A DNA stretch of 64,000 nt from Candidatus Omnitrophota bacterium (GCA_041651455.1 JBAZJG010000005.1:3882-67881); one strand, 5' to 3'; shown: positions 8,968-20,318, counted from the first letter of the stretch. The notes: a model not told the origin generated them from the sequence alone. Program-made: numbers and translations.

Positions 8968-9717
8968 ATGTCCGGACATTCAAAATGGAAGACACAAAAG
9001 AACAAGAAGGCCGCTGCTGACGCGGTAAAGGGCAGGGCGTTCACGAAGGCGACAAAAGAGATCACCGTAGCCGCGAAAGACGGCGGCGGCGACCCCGATA
9101 CGAACCCGAGGCTGCGTTTCGCGCTGGCAAAAGCCAGGGAAGTGAACATGCCTAAGGATAACATCGAAAAGGCGATAAAAAAGGGCACCGGCGAGCTTCC
9201 CGGCGTCGTTTACGAGACGATCTACTACGAAGTATACGGGCCCGGCGGCGTGGCTATCATAGTCGAGGCGCTTACCGACAACAAGAACAGGGCTTCGGCG
9301 GAAATAAAGAACATCCTTTCGCGCAAGGGCGGCAGCATGGCGGGGACGGGCTCGGTATCGCGCCTGTTCCACAAGAAAGGCCTTATCGTCGTCGAGAAGT
9401 CGAAGATAGACGAGGATAAGCTCATGGATATCGTCCTCAACGCCGGCGCCGAGGACATGGCGACCGAGGATACCGTTTACGAGATAACGACGGACCCGAA
9501 GGATTTCGAAAAGGTAAAGAAGGCGCTTGACGACAACAAGGTCGAATGCCAGAGCGCGGAAGTCACGACGCTGCCGACGATGACGGTGAAGGTGGCGGGA
9601 GCCGCCGCGAAACAGGTGCTCGCGCTCGTCGAGATGCTGGAAGATTACGAGGACGTCCAGAACGTCTACGCGAATTTCGATATTCCCGACGACATACTGG
9701 AGCAGCCCAAGGACTGA
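8968..9717 (+). CDS. yebC: YebC/PmpR family DNA-binding transcriptional regulator.
   Basis: 'MSGHSKWKTQKNKKAAADAVKGRAFTKATKEITVAAKDGGGDPDTNPRLRFALAKAREVNMPKDNIEKAI' is the canonical YebC N-terminus. Confidence 0.9.
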   Translation: MSGHSKWKTQKNKKAAADAVKGRAFTKATKEITVAAKDGGGDPDTNPRLRFALAKAREVNMPKDNIEKAIKKGTGELPGVVYETIYYEVYGPGGVAIIVEALTDNKNRASAEIKNILSRKGGSMAGTGSVSRLFHKKGLIVVEKSKIDEDKLMDIVLNAGAEDMATEDTVYEITTDPKDFEKVKKALDDNKVECQSAEVTTLPTMTVKVAGAAAKQVLALVEMLEDYEDVQNVYANFDIPDDILEQPKD

Positions 9718-9719
9718 TA

Positions 9720-10241
9720 ATGAGGATACTGGGTATCGACCCAGGGTTATGCATAACGGGTTACGGGCTCATAGAAGCCGGCCCGCGCGGCCTCAGACTG
9801 ATAGAGGCGGGCGTGGTAAGGACGTCCGCAAAAGACGATATAGAAGCAAGGCTCGCAAGGATATATGAGGGCCTCGAAGGGCTCGTAAAGGAGCACAGGC
9901 CCGAAGTCTTCGTGCTCGAGCAGCTCTATTCGCATTACAAGCACCCGATGACGGCGATACTTATGGGGCACGCGAGGGGCGTCATATGCCTGCTCGCGAA
10001 GCGGTCGGGCGCTAAGCTCGTAGGGTATCCCGCGACCCGCATCAAGAAGGCTTTGACGGGCGCAGGGCATGCAAGCAAGAACCAGATACAGCGCATGATA
10101 CAGGGCGTCTTCGGCATGGCAGCGATGCCGGAACCGCCCGACATTTCGGACGCGCTGGCACTCGCGGTCGCCCATGCATACATGGCGCAGAAAGAGCCCG
10201 TCACTAAATTAACCCTGAAGGTCAACCGGGGGAACAGATGA
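9720..10241 (+). CDS. ruvC: Holliday junction resolvase RuvC.
   Basis: 'MRILGIDPGLCITGYGLIE...VFVLEQLYSHYKHPMTAILMGHARGVI'. The true ATG is at 9720; the track ORF starts further upstream. Confidence 0.9.
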   Translation: MRILGIDPGLCITGYGLIEAGPRGLRLIEAGVVRTSAKDDIEARLARIYEGLEGLVKEHRPEVFVLEQLYSHYKHPMTAILMGHARGVICLLAKRSGAKLVGYPATRIKKALTGAGHASKNQIQRMIQGVFGMAAMPEPPDISDALALAVAHAYMAQKEPVTKLTLKVNRGNR

Positions 10242-10870
10242 TATCCCATATCCGCGGAAAGATCGCCAAGCGCAAGCCGTCGTCTCTTATCCTCGACGTG
10301 GACGGCGGGTTCTCCTACGAAGTCCTTATACCGGGCTGCGTCATGAAGGCGATAGACGGCAGCACGGCTCCCGACGGAACGGTCAAGCTCATAACGTACC
10401 ACTACCACCATACCGACCCCGCCCGCAGCATACCGGTCCTCATAGGTTTCCTCAACGAGATAGAGAAGGAATTCTTCGAGAAGTTCATAACGGTTTCCGG
10501 CATAGGGCCGAAGGCCGCCGTAAAGGCGCTCAACGCCTCCATACCGCAGGTGGTCAAGGCGATAGCCGACGGCGACCTGTCCACGCTGAAGTCCCTTCCG
10601 GGCATAGGCGAGCAGAGGGCAAAGGAGATAGTCGCGAAACTGCAGAACAAGGTCGGGAAGTTCGGCCTGATACGCGAATACGGCATAGAGGTCACGGTAT
10701 CGAAGGGGCAGGATTTTGTCGAGGAGGCGGTCGATGTCCTGCTGCAGCTGCAGTATACGAAGCAGGAGGCGAAGGATATGGTGCAGAAGGCGCTGCAGCG
10801 TTCGCCGAAGATGGACACCGCCGAGGACCTCCTGAACGAAGTATACAAAAATAAGAAGGGCGCAAAGTGA
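10238..10870 (+). CDS. ruvA: Holliday junction DNA helicase subunit RuvA.
   Basis: 'MISHIRGKI...[31 protein letters not shown]'. ATGA overlap with ruvC. Confidence 0.9.
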   Translation: MISHIRGKIAKRKPSSLILDVDGGFSYEVLIPGCVMKAIDGSTAPDGTVKLITYHYHHTDPARSIPVLIGFLNEIEKEFFEKFITVSGIGPKAAVKALNASIPQVVKAIADGDLSTLKSLPGIGEQRAKEIVAKLQNKVGKFGLIREYGIEVTVSKGQDFVEEAVDVLLQLQYTKQEAKDMVQKALQRSPKMDTAEDLLNEVYKNKKGAK

Positions 10871-11919
10871 GCTCCGATAAGGCCAGAGAGGAAGGGCCGC
10901 TGCGCGAGAAACTGGTCGTCGCGCAGGAGGCCGAAGAAGACGCGATACTGAACCTGTCGCTGCGGCCGGCGAAGGTCGGTGATTTCGTCGGGCAGAAGGA
11001 CGTTGTCGATAACGTACTGATAGCTATCGCCGCCGCTAAAGGCCGCAAGGAGCCGCTCGAGCACGTGCTCTTCTCGGGCCCTCCCGGACTCGGCAAGACG
11101 ACGCTCGCCCATATAATCGCGGCCGAGATGGGTACTAAGATAACGGCGACATCGGGGCCCGCCATAGAACGCGCGGGGGACCTTATAGGGATCCTGACGA
11201 ACCTCGGGGAAGGCGATATACTTTTCATAGACGAGATACACCGGCTCTCTAAGGTCGTCGAGGAGTTCCTCTACCCTGCGATGGAGAATTACCAGATAGA
11301 TTTCACCATAGATAAGGGGCCGTACGCGAAAACGATAAAGTTCAACCTTAAGCGTTTCACGCTGATAGGCGCGACGACCCGTTCCGGACTGCTGAGCGCG
11401 CCGATGCGCGGAAGGTTCGGGATGCATTATACGCTGGATTTCTATTCCCCGGAGGACCTTGTCCGGATAGTGAAGAGATCGGCCGATATACTCAAGATCG
11501 GCCTCGATAAGGAGAGCGCCGCGGAGATATCCCGCCGCGCGCGCGGAACCCCGCGTATCGCGAACAGGCTGCTGCGAAGGGTAAGGGATTACGCCGAAGT
11601 CAAGAACGGCGGCAAGGTCGACGCGAATACGGTCGACAGGGCGCTCGCTATGCTCGGCATCGATAACATTGGCCTCGATGCGCTCGACAGGAAAGTGCTC
11701 AAGGCGGTCATAGAGACATACAAGGGCGGGCCGGTCGGCATAGAATCCCTTGCCGCGACGCTGAACGAAGAGCCCGATACGATATCCGACGTCGTCGAAC
11801 CGTTCCTGCTGAAGATTGGGTTCCTGAAACGGACCCCGAGAGGCAGGGAGGCGACGGACGCCGCCTGCGAACACATGAAAGTCCCCTCCAAAAAAGAGCC
11901 CCGGAAGGAGTTATTTTAG
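10867..11919 (+). CDS. ruvB: Holliday junction helicase RuvB (AAA+).
   Basis: '[58 protein letters not shown]'. GTG start overlapping the ruvA stop. Confidence 0.9.
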   Translation: MSSDKAREEGPLREKLVVAQEAEEDAILNLSLRPAKVGDFVGQKDVVDNVLIAIAAAKGRKEPLEHVLFSGPPGLGKTTLAHIIAAEMGTKITATSGPAIERAGDLIGILTNLGEGDILFIDEIHRLSKVVEEFLYPAMENYQIDFTIDKGPYAKTIKFNLKRFTLIGATTRSGLLSAPMRGRFGMHYTLDFYSPEDLVRIVKRSADILKIGLDKESAAEISRRARGTPRIANRLLRRVRDYAEVKNGGKVDANTVDRALAMLGIDNIGLDALDRKVLKAVIETYKGGPVGIESLAATLNEEPDTISDVVEPFLLKIGFLKRTPRGREATDAACEHMKVPSKKEPRKELF

Positions 11920-11925
11920 CCGGTC

Positions 11926-13080
11926 ATGCGCAATCGCCTCCTGTTAACCATCCTGACCTTACTCGCAGTTAATCTTACCGACGCGGCAGCCGCGCCGGTG
12001 GTCCGCGTCGCCATAGCGAAGGATTTTGATTCGGTAAAGATATTCATAGCGGGCGATTACAGGGTAACAGACCTCATATCGAAAGCTGTGCTGCTCGAAG
12101 GCAAATATGCGGCCGAGACGGCTTTGGCCGCCGGCGGCGCGGGCGGTTTCAGAATGGGGGATTCCCGCTTATCCGCCGACGCGATAAGCATAGAGCCGCT
12201 CGGGGGCGCGAGGGCATATATAAACGACCGCATATTCAGGGGCGGCATAAGGGTATACAAGAACGCAGGGAAGATCACGGTGGTCAACGCGGTCGACCTC
12301 GAGGAATACCTTTACGGCGTCATACGCAACGAAGTGTCGACCTGGTGGCCGATGGAAGCGCTGAAGGCGCAGGCGATCGCGGCAAGGACATATGCGCTCA
12401 ACCAGATGAAGGAATCGAAGGGCAAGGACTACGACGTGCAGGCGGACGTCAGCTCGCAGGTCTACGGCGGGATATTCTCGGAGAAATGGAGGACGAACAG
12501 GGCGGTCGACCAGACGAAGGGCCTCGTGCTGACATATAACGGCGCGATATTCCCGGCGTTCTTCCACGCGACATGCGGCGGAAGCACCTTCGACGCCGCG
12601 AACCTCTGGAACATAAGCCTGCCCCCGCTCAAGGGGGTCAAATGCGACTGGTGCCGCAAGTCCCCGCATTATTATTGGGAGCGCTGGACGCCCGTGAACG
12701 AGGCGGAGAAGAAGCTTGAGGACGCCGGATACCCCGTCGGAGATATCCTCGGCTTCGAAGTGCTCAGGAAGGACCCGTCCGGCAGGGTACTCGAATTGAG
12801 GGTAAAGGGCAGCAAGGGAGACGCGGTCATGCTCGCAAAGGATTTCAGGAGGATCATCGGTTCGGACATAGTCAGGAGCACGAACTTCAAGGTGACGGTC
12901 GTCGGGGAATACGCCGCTTTTGAGGGGCTCGGCTGGGGGCACGGGGTAGGGTTTTGCCAGTGGGGCGCGTATTACATGTCGCGCGCGGGGAAGAAGGCGG
13001 ACGAGATACTGTATTTTTATTATCCGGGGGCGAAGATAATGGGGGATTACGGGGCCGGCGAGGCCAAGGGGAAGATATGA
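11926..13080 (+). CDS. SpoIID/LytB domain protein (amidase enhancer-like). Has a signal peptide.
   Basis: 'VVNAVDLEEYLYGVIRNEVSTWWPMEALKAQAIAARTYAL...FHATCGGSTFDAANLW' are SpoIID family motifs. Confidence 0.8.
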   Translation: MRNRLLLTILTLLAVNLTDAAAAPVVRVAIAKDFDSVKIFIAGDYRVTDLISKAVLLEGKYAAETALAAGGAGGFRMGDSRLSADAISIEPLGGARAYINDRIFRGGIRVYKNAGKITVVNAVDLEEYLYGVIRNEVSTWWPMEALKAQAIAARTYALNQMKESKGKDYDVQADVSSQVYGGIFSEKWRTNRAVDQTKGLVLTYNGAIFPAFFHATCGGSTFDAANLWNISLPPLKGVKCDWCRKSPHYYWERWTPVNEAEKKLEDAGYPVGDILGFEVLRKDPSGRVLELRVKGSKGDAVMLAKDFRRIIGSDIVRSTNFKVTVVGEYAAFEGLGWGHGVGFCQWGAYYMSRAGKKADEILYFYYPGAKIMGDYGAGEAKGKI

Positions 13081-14120
13081 GGCTCAGCGAATTCGACTAC
13101 AGGCTGCCGGAAGAGCTTATTGCGCAGTATCCCGCGCAGGCACGTGACGCCTCGCGGCTCATGGTGGTCCACAAGATATCCAGGAAGATCGAGCACAGGA
13201 ACTTTTCCGACATCGCGGATTATATAGGCCCGGCGGACTGCGTCGTCGTCAACGATACGAAGGTCATAAAGGCGCGCATACCGGGCAAGCGCGCGGATAC
13301 CGGCGGCAAGGCCGAGGTCATGCTGATAGAGAAGCTCAGCGATAAGCTCTACAAGTGCCTGATAGACACCTCGACGAAGATAAAAGTGGGCACGAAGTTC
13401 GTCTTCGGCAGCGGGGAACTTACGGGAGTGATACGCGGGGAGAGCGAGGGCATCAGGCTCATAGAGTTCAGCATAAACGGCGCGGACTTCAACTCGATAC
13501 TCGAGAAGATAGGCATAGTGCCGCTGCCCCCGTATATCAAGAGGGCGCCCGAGAAGGCGGACGAGGAGAGGTACCAGACCGTCTACGCGAAATCACCCGG
13601 GGCGGTCGCGGCCCCGACGGCGGGCCTGCATTTCACCGGCGATGTCATAAATAAGATCAAGTCTACCGGCGCGTCCGTCGAATCCGTGACGCTGCACGTA
13701 GGGTACGGGACGTTCAAGCCGGTCACGTCCGATGACGTGACGAGGCATAAGGTGGAGCCCGAGCTCTTCGACCTGAAGCCCGAGACAGCCCAGAAGCTCA
13801 ACGGCATCAAGGAGAACGGCGGCAAGATATTCGCCGTCGGTACGACCACATGCAGGGTCCTCGAGAGCCAGGCGCAGCTCGTCAAGGGCTCGAAAAACAG
13901 GGTAGGTCCCGGGAAGGGATGGACGAACCTGTTCATATATCCTCCTTATAACTTCAAGTTCGTTGACGCGCTCGTTACGAATTTCCACCTTCCGAAGACG
14001 ACGCTGCTGATGCTCGTCGCCGCGTTCTGCGGCAGGGAGGTCATGCTGCAGGCGTATGAAGAGGCCGTGAAAGAGAAGTACAGGTTCTACAGCTACGGCG
14101 ATTCGATGCTGATAATATGA
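13078..14120 (+). CDS. queA: S-adenosylmethionine:tRNA ribosyltransferase-isomerase QueA.
   Basis: 'MRLSEFDYRLPEELIAQYPAQARDASRLMVV'. The ATG at 13078 overlaps the spoIID stop; the track ORF start at 12954 is rejected. Confidence 0.9.
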
Positions 14121-15238
14121 AGATAGAGATAATAGCCAGGGATACGCATACGCGCGCAAGGGCCGGCAAGGCGGCCACTTCGCACGGGGAGTTCGAGACG
14201 CCGGCGTTCATGCCGGTCGGCACGCAGGCGACCGTAAAGACGCTTTCTAACGGCGATCTCACGGAATGCGGCGTGCAGATCCTGTTATCGAACGCGTACC
14301 ATTTATACCTGCGGCCGGGCGAAGATATCATAAGGAACGCCGGGGGCCTGCATAAGTTCATGGGCTGGGACAGGCCCATATTGACCGACTCGGGGGGTTT
14401 CCAGGTCTTCAGCCTGGCGGTCCTGCGCAAGGTCACCGATGAGGGCGTCGAGTTCCAGTCGCACATAGACGGCTCGAAGCACTTCCTGACCCCGGAGAAG
14501 ATGGTAGGGTTCCAAACCGCGCTCGGAAGTGATATAATGATGGTCCTTGACGAGTGCGTCCATTACCCGTGCGAACATGAGATGGCGAAGAGCGCGGTAA
14601 AGAGGACGCTCGACTGGGCGAAGCTATCGAAGAAGGCGTTCGACCCCGGAACAAGACAGCACCTCTTCGGCATAGTGCAGGGCGCTTCATACAAGGACCT
14701 GAGGCAGGAATGCGCCGAGGAGCTGGTTAAGATGGATTTTGACGGTTACGCGCTCGGGGGGCTTGCGGTGGGCGAGCCGAAGGAGATAACTGCGGAGATG
14801 ACGGCTTTCACGGCCGCGCTGCTTCCCGAAGGGAAGCCCCGATACCTTATGGGCGTCGGCGAGCCGCAGGATATCCTCGAGGCGGTATCGTCGGGCATAG
14901 ACATGTTCGACTGCGTCGTGCCCACGCGCAACGGGCGCAACGGGACCGCGTTCACGTCGAACGGGCGTTTTTCGGTCAGGAATGCCGCCAATTCGCGGGA
15001 CCTCGGGCCCATCGAAGAGGGATGCGGCTGTTACGCGTGCAGGAACCATACGCGCAGTTATATAAGGCACCTCTTCAATACGGACGAGATACTCGGCTTA
15101 AAGCTCGTCTCGCTGCATAACGTTTATTTTTACCAGAAACTCATGCGCGAGATAAGGCAGGCGATAAAGGACGGGAAGTTCACGGAATACAAAAACGAAA
15201 GGACAGGAAGATGGAACAGCAGGCAGCAGGTTCAGTGA
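14117..15238 (+). CDS. tgt: Queuine tRNA-ribosyltransferase Tgt.
   Basis: 'ARAGKAATSHGEFETPAFMPVGTQATVKT...CGCYACRNHTRSYIRHLF' with the zinc motif. Confidence 0.9.
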   Translation: MKIEIIARDTHTRARAGKAATSHGEFETPAFMPVGTQATVKTLSNGDLTECGVQILLSNAYHLYLRPGEDIIRNAGGLHKFMGWDRPILTDSGGFQVFSLAVLRKVTDEGVEFQSHIDGSKHFLTPEKMVGFQTALGSDIMMVLDECVHYPCEHEMAKSAVKRTLDWAKLSKKAFDPGTRQHLFGIVQGASYKDLRQECAEELVKMDFDGYALGGLAVGEPKEITAEMTAFTAALLPEGKPRYLMGVGEPQDILEAVSSGIDMFDCVVPTRNGRNGTAFTSNGRFSVRNAANSRDLGPIEEGCGCYACRNHTRSYIRHLFNTDEILGLKLVSLHNVYFYQKLMREIRQAIKDGKFTEYKNERTGRWNSRQQVQ

Positions 15239-15504
15239 TCAGTTTTTTGCCCCTGATACTTATATTTGTGGTATTCTATTTTTTACTTATCAAACCGCAG
15301 CAGAAGGAACGCAAACGCCACGAAGAGATGGTCAAGAACCTCGCGAAGAACGATGAGGTGGTCACCTCCGGAGGCATCCACGGCACGATAGTCAACGTCA
15401 AGGAGACGTCCGTGGTGCTGCGCGTCGACGAGAACGCGAAGATGGAAGTCGACAAATACGCGATAGCTTACACAGTGAAGAAGAGGTCAGGAGAAGAGAA
15501 ATGA
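15211..15504 (+). CDS. yajC: Preprotein translocase subunit YajC. Start is possibly at in-frame GTG 15235.
   Basis: 'ISFLPLILIFVVFYFLLIKPQQKERKRHEEMVKNLAKNDEVVTSGGIHGTIVNVKE'. Confidence 0.85.
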   Translation: MEQQAAGSVISFLPLILIFVVFYFLLIKPQQKERKRHEEMVKNLAKNDEVVTSGGIHGTIVNVKETSVVLRVDENAKMEVDKYAIAYTVKKRSGEEK

Positions 15505-17738
15505 AAAAGGGTCTTATCTGGAAATTAGCGCTTGTCCTTTTGCTCGCGGGCGTCTCAGCATGGCTCATAAACCCTGTGCTCGACATCAAGGATAAGGACG
15601 GCAAGGTGGTCAGGGAAGGGAAGATAAACCTCGGCCTCGACCTGCAGGGCGGCATGCATCTCGTGCTGAAGGTCGATACCTCTAAGATACCCGAAGAAGC
15701 GAGGAAGGACGCGGCCGACCGCGCGCTTGAGGTCATCCGCAACAGGATAGACGAGTTCGGCGTGAAGGAACCGCAGATATCCCCGCAGGGCAAGGACGAG
15801 ATAGTCGTCCAGCTGCCGGGCATAACCGACAGGGACAGGGCGCTCCAGCTCATAGGCAAGACGGCGCTCCTCGAGTTCAAGCTTGTTTCCGATGACGCCG
15901 AGGCGATCAAGAAAGCCCTCGGAGGGGAGACGCCGGCCGGTTATGAGCTCAAGGAAGATGAGAACGGCGATAAGATCCTGCTTGAAAAAGAGGCCGTCCT
16001 GACCGGTTCCGCGATCATCACGGCATATATGAGTTTTGACAATTCGCGTTTCAATGAACCGTACGTGGCGCTGGAGTTGAATTCGGAAGGCGCAAAGAAG
16101 TTCGCCGAGATAACGAAGAAATTCTGCAGGAGGGGCGGGATACCGGGCAGGCAGCTTGCCATCGTGCTTGACGGGAAAGTCAAGTCGGCGCCCGAACTGA
16201 AAGATCCCATTACCGACGGCAAGGCCGTGATAACGGGCAGGTTCTCGAAAGAGGACGCCAACGACCTCGCTATAGTGCTTAAGGTCGGCGCGCTTCCGGC
16301 CCCCGTATACATCGAGGAGGAGAGGACCGTCGGCCCGCTGCTCGGGCAGGACTCTATAAATGACGGCATCAGGGCCACGCTTCTCGGCGCGGCTTTCGTC
16401 GGGATTTTCATATTGGTCTATTACCTGTTCGCGGGTTTTGTGGCGGACATCGCGATGGCGCTGAACATACTTTTGCTGTTGGGTGCCATGGCATATTTCA
16501 AGGTAACGATGACGCTGCCCGGCATCGCGGGTATCGTGCTTACCCTCGGCATGGCGGTCGACGCGAACGTGCTTATACAGGAGAGGATGCGCGAAGAGAT
16601 CGAGGCGGGCAAGACGCTCGCTCAGGCCATAAGGCTCGGTTACGACAGGGCCATGAGCGCGATCATCGATTCCAACCTGACGACGGTAGTAGCCGCCATA
16701 TTCCTGTTCCAGTTCGGCACGGGCCCTATACGCGGGTTCGCGCTGACGCTCATAATCGGTCTTCTGATAAGCATGTTCACGTCCGTTTTTGTGACAAGGG
16801 TCATATTCGAGACGCTGTTAGGGCTTAAACTGCTGAAGGGCCTGCCGATGCTCAAGATCATCGGGACCCCGAAGTTCGACTATATAAAGATCCGCTGGAT
16901 ATGCTACGCGCTTTCTATCACGGTGCTCGCGGTAGGCATGGGCACTTATTTCATGAAAGGCCCGGATGTATACGGCGTGGACTTCAGGGGCGGCCAGGTC
17001 CAGGAATTCAAGTTCCGCGATACGGTGGATGCGAAGGACGTGCGCGCGGCGCTCGCGGAGATAAACCTCGGCAACGCCTCCGTCCAGCAGCTAAGGGACG
17101 ACCCCAAGGTCTTCATAATCCGCACCCAGGAAGAGGTCACCGACGAGATATCGAAGAAATTCGCATCGACCTTCAAGGAGAACAAGGCCGAGATAATAAA
17201 GATAGACAAGGTCGGGCCTTCGGTAGGCGGCCAGCTGAGGATGAAAGCTTTATACGCGATCGTCTTTTCGATGCTCGGCATCATGGTATATGTCGCGTTC
17301 AGGTTCAAGCACTGGTATTTCGCGCTTGCGGGCGTCATCGCGCTGTTCCATGACGTATTCGTCGCGATGGGATTCATGGCGCTTTCCGGGCGCGAGATGA
17401 CGCTTCTGATCGTCTCGGCACTGCTGACTATCGCCGGTTTTTCGATAAACGACACTATAGTTATCTATGACAGGATAAGGGAGAACGCGAAGCTGAACCA
17501 TAAGATGTCCCTGAGAGACCTTATAAACCTCAGCGTGAACCAGACGATGTCGAGAACTCTGCTGACATCCTTCACGGTGCTCGTGGTCGTGGCCGTGCTT
17601 TATATGTACGGCGGCGAAGTCCTCAACGATTTCGCGTTCTGTCTTCTCGTAGGGTTCATATCGGGCATCTATTCGACGGTCTTCATCGCGAGCCCGCTGA
17701 TATTGCTGTTCCACGGGAATAAAAAAAGGAACCTATGA
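15501..17738 (+). CDS. secDF: Protein translocase subunit SecDF (fused SecD-SecF, 745 aa).
   Basis: SecD periplasmic domain followed by two six-transmembrane bundles ('GLDLQGGMHLVLKVD', 'GPLLGQDSINDGIRATLLGAAFV', 'SGIYSTVFIASPLILLF'). Confidence 0.9.
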   Translation: MKKGLIWKLALVLLLAGVSAWLINPVLDIKDKDGKVVREGKINLGLDLQGGMHLVLKVDTSKIPEEARKDAADRALEVIRNRIDEFGVKEPQISPQGKDEIVVQLPGITDRDRALQLIGKTALLEFKLVSDDAEAIKKALGGETPAGYELKEDENGDKILLEKEAVLTGSAIITAYMSFDNSRFNEPYVALELNSEGAKKFAEITKKFCRRGGIPGRQLAIVLDGKVKSAPELKDPITDGKAVITGRFSKEDANDLAIVLKVGALPAPVYIEEERTVGPLLGQDSINDGIRATLLGAAFVGIFILVYYLFAGFVADIAMALNILLLLGAMAYFKVTMTLPGIAGIVLTLGMAVDANVLIQERMREEIEAGKTLAQAIRLGYDRAMSAIIDSNLTTVVAAIFLFQFGTGPIRGFALTLIIGLLISMFTSVFVTRVIFETLLGLKLLKGLPMLKIIGTPKFDYIKIRWICYALSITVLAVGMGTYFMKGPDVYGVDFRGGQVQEFKFRDTVDAKDVRAALAEINLGNASVQQLRDDPKVFIIRTQEEVTDEISKKFASTFKENKAEIIKIDKVGPSVGGQLRMKALYAIVFSMLGIMVYVAFRFKHWYFALAGVIALFHDVFVAMGFMALSGREMTLLIVSALLTIAGFSINDTIVIYDRIRENAKLNHKMSLRDLINLSVNQTMSRTLLTSFTVLVVVAVLYMYGGEVLNDFAFCLLVGFISGIYSTVFIASPLILLFHGNKKRNL

Positions 17739-18601
17739 GCAATAACAAGTTTGCCCAGATACGCAAACTGCTCCTGGTCATCCTCGCGCTGAACTGGGGC
17801 GTGGCCATCGCGAAGATCGTATACGGCCACCTGACGAACTCCGTTTCGATGTTCGCGGACGGCATCCATTCGCTCTCGGACGGCTCGTCGAACATAATAG
17901 GGCTGATAGGCATAGGTGTGGCCGCGCGCCCGAGGGACGTCGGGCATCCTTACGGCCACAGGAAGTACGAGACGCTCGCGTCGATGGCGATAGCCGTTGC
18001 GCTCTTTATGATAGCGTTCAGGCTGCTGAGCGATTCGGTCCATAAGTTGTGGCACCAGGAGCTGATAAATCCCGAGGCGAACCTGTTGAGCTTCATCGTT
18101 ATGGGCGTCACGATCGCGGTCAACGTCAGCGTGATGAAGTATGAGCGCAGGAAGGGCAAGGAGCTTAACAGCGATTTCCTCATCGCGGATTCGCTGCATA
18201 CGGGCTCCGACATTCTCGCCTCCGTCATGGTCGTCGTCAGCTTAATAAGCGTAAGGCTCGGCCTGCCCATAATCGACGTCATCGCGGGCATGGTCATATC
18301 GCTTCTGGTCGGCTATGTCGGCGTAAGCATACTCAGGGACAGTTCGAGGGTCCTGACCGATTATGCGGTCATAAATTCCCAGCAGATTACGGAGACCCTG
18401 TCAGACATGAAAGAGGTCATCGGCTGCCACCGCATACGCACGCGCGGCCGCACCGACGATGTCCATGTCGACCTGCACATCACTGTGGACAGGAACATGA
18501 GCGTGGGAAAGGCCCATGACCTCTCCACGGCGATAGAGAAGCGCATACGCGAGAAGTTTTCCGGCGTTACCGACGTGATGGTACACGTCGAGCCCGCGTA
18601 G
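17735..18601 (+). CDS. Cation diffusion facilitator family transporter (CzcD/FieF-like).
   Basis: 'IAKIVYGHLTNSVSMFADGIHSLSDGSSNIIGLIGI...GHPYGHRKYETLAS' plus a C-terminal cytoplasmic domain. Confidence 0.85.
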   Translation: MSNNKFAQIRKLLLVILALNWGVAIAKIVYGHLTNSVSMFADGIHSLSDGSSNIIGLIGIGVAARPRDVGHPYGHRKYETLASMAIAVALFMIAFRLLSDSVHKLWHQELINPEANLLSFIVMGVTIAVNVSVMKYERRKGKELNSDFLIADSLHTGSDILASVMVVVSLISVRLGLPIIDVIAGMVISLLVGYVGVSILRDSSRVLTDYAVINSQQITETLSDMKEVIGCHRIRTRGRTDDVHVDLHITVDRNMSVGKAHDLSTAIEKRIREKFSGVTDVMVHVEPA

Positions 18602-18602
18602 C

Positions 18603-20318
18603 ATGCAGAAGGCCTGGGAGGTAGATTCTCCGGATAAGAATTCCTGCGAAGCCCTCGCGAAAGAACTCAACGTTTCCCCGATTCTCGCCCACCTGCTGGC
18701 AAAAAGGGGAGTTAAGTCCGCCGAAGACGCTCGCGCTTTCCTCGAATGCGGCCTCGATTCACTGCACGACCCGTTCCTCTTCAAGGACATGCCGAAGGCC
18801 GTCTCCCGCATCAACTCCGCCATAGGCAAAAAGGAAAAGATAATAATCTTCGGCGACTACGATGTCGACGGGTTGACCGCCACGGCGCTACTTTATAATA
18901 CGCTTAGGTCATACGGCGCCGACGTCCATAACTACATCCCCGACCGTGTTAAAGAGGGCTATGGCTTGAATCTTTCCGCACTCGAAAAGGCGTGCGACGG
19001 AAAGATGAAACTCGCGATAGCCGTCGATTGCGGCATCACCTCGGCGGAAGAGATAGATTTCCTAAATAAGCACGGCATAGATTCCATAATAATAGACCAT
19101 CACGAACCGGTCGAAGGTAAAATTCCGCACGCGTACGGAATTTTAAACCCGCTGGTGCCGGGCTCAGGATATCCTTATAAGCACCTGGCCAGCGTGGGGC
19201 TGGTTTATAAGCTCTCACAGGCCATGTCCGGGGACTCAAAGCACGCAGGACGGCCCGTAGAAGAGGACCTCGACCTTGTCGCGCTCGGCACGATAGCCGA
19301 TGTCGCTCCGCTGACCGGCGAGAACAGGATCCTCGTAAAGCACGGCCTGAAATACCTTGCTAAGACGAAGAGGCCGGGGCTGCGCGCGCTCATGGAAGTC
19401 GCGGGCATCGGCAGGAAGAAGGAGTTCTATTCCGAGACGGTCGGTTTCATCCTCGGCCCCCGGATAAATGCCTCGGGAAGGATGAACTCTTCCTCGCATT
19501 CGCTGAAACTACTGCTTACCGAAGACAAGGAAGAAGCGATGAAGCTCGCGGAAGAACTCGACAAAAGCAACCGCGAACGGCAGAAGATGGAGGAGGTAAT
19601 ACTTAAGGAAGCCGTCTCGAAGGTCGAGCGCGAAGTCAACTTCAAGGAACATAAGGTAATAGTCCTGCACGGCGACACATGGCACCCCGGCGTTATAGGG
19701 ATAGTCGCATCGCGCATAGTCGAGAGGTTCTACCGTCCCACGATACTCGTCGCGTTCGACGGCGAAGGGGCCGGGCACGGCAAAGGTTCCGGGAGGTCGA
19801 TAAAGAGGTTCCATCTTTTTGACGCCATATCTAAATGCAAGGAACACCTCGTGGAATTTGGCGGGCACGAGCATGCGGCCGGCATAACTATAACGAAGGG
19901 CAACATGGATAATTTCCGCAACGCCTTGAACCTTGTCGCGCATGAGACGCTGCAACCGCTGGACCTCGTGCCGACGCTCGATATAGACGCCTGGATATCC
20001 CTAAAGGACATAACGCCGAAATTGATGAAGGAGCTTGCGCTGCTCGAGCCGTACGGCGTCGGCAACAGGAAGCCGGTCTTTGCGGTAAAGGGGCTGACCC
20101 TGAAGGCCCCGCCGAAGGTCCTCGGCTCGAATACGCTGAAGATATGGGTAACGGACGGGCAGATGACTTATGAGGCGGTGGGTTTCAGGAAAGCCCTGGA
20201 TTATAAACTCGATTCCGCCTCATTGAATTTCGATCTGGCTTTCACGCCATCGGTCAACGTATGGCAGGGGCAGGAGATGGTGCAGTTGCAGCTTAAGGAC
20301 CTGAAAGTAAAGCTTTAG
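18603..20318 (+). CDS. recJ: Single-stranded-DNA-specific exonuclease RecJ.
   Basis: 'KIIIFGDYDVDGLTATALL', DHH and DHHA1 motifs ('IIIDHHEP'). Confidence 0.9.
   Translation: MQKAWEVDSPDKNSCEALAKELNVSPILAHLLAKRGVKSAEDARAFLECGLDSLHDPFLFKDMPKAVSRINSAIGKKEKIIIFGDYDVDGLTATALLYNTLRSYGADVHNYIPDRVKEGYGLNLSALEKACDGKMKLAIAVDCGITSAEEIDFLNKHGIDSIIIDHHEPVEGKIPHAYGILNPLVPGSGYPYKHLASVGLVYKLSQAMSGDSKHAGRPVEEDLDLVALGTIADVAPLTGENRILVKHGLKYLAKTKRPGLRALMEVAGIGRKKEFYSETVGFILGPRINASGRMNSSSHSLKLLLTEDKEEAMKLAEELDKSNRERQKMEEVILKEAVSKVEREVNFKEHKVIVLHGDTWHPGVIGIVASRIVERFYRPTILVAFDGEGAGHGKGSGRSIKRFHLFDAISKCKEHLVEFGGHEHAAGITITKGNMDNFRNALNLVAHETLQPLDLVPTLDIDAWISLKDITPKLMKELALLEPYGVGNRKPVFAVKGLTLKAPPKVLGSNTLKIWVTDGQMTYEAVGFRKALDYKLDSASLNFDLAFTPSVNVWQGQEMVQLQLKDLKVKL

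Noticed and set aside
10402-11874. 490-aa minus-strand ORF spanning ruvA/ruvB.
   Set aside because: It is antisense to two well-supported genes and has no recognisable motifs. It is a GC-driven open frame.
12954-13077. Upstream extension of queA (track start 12954) and similar extensions for ruvC (9546), pilB-like (57416) and cvpA (50462).
   Set aside because: The extensions overlap the preceding genes and lack family-conserved residues. Conserved N-termini plus RBS and ATGA coupling support the internal starts used.
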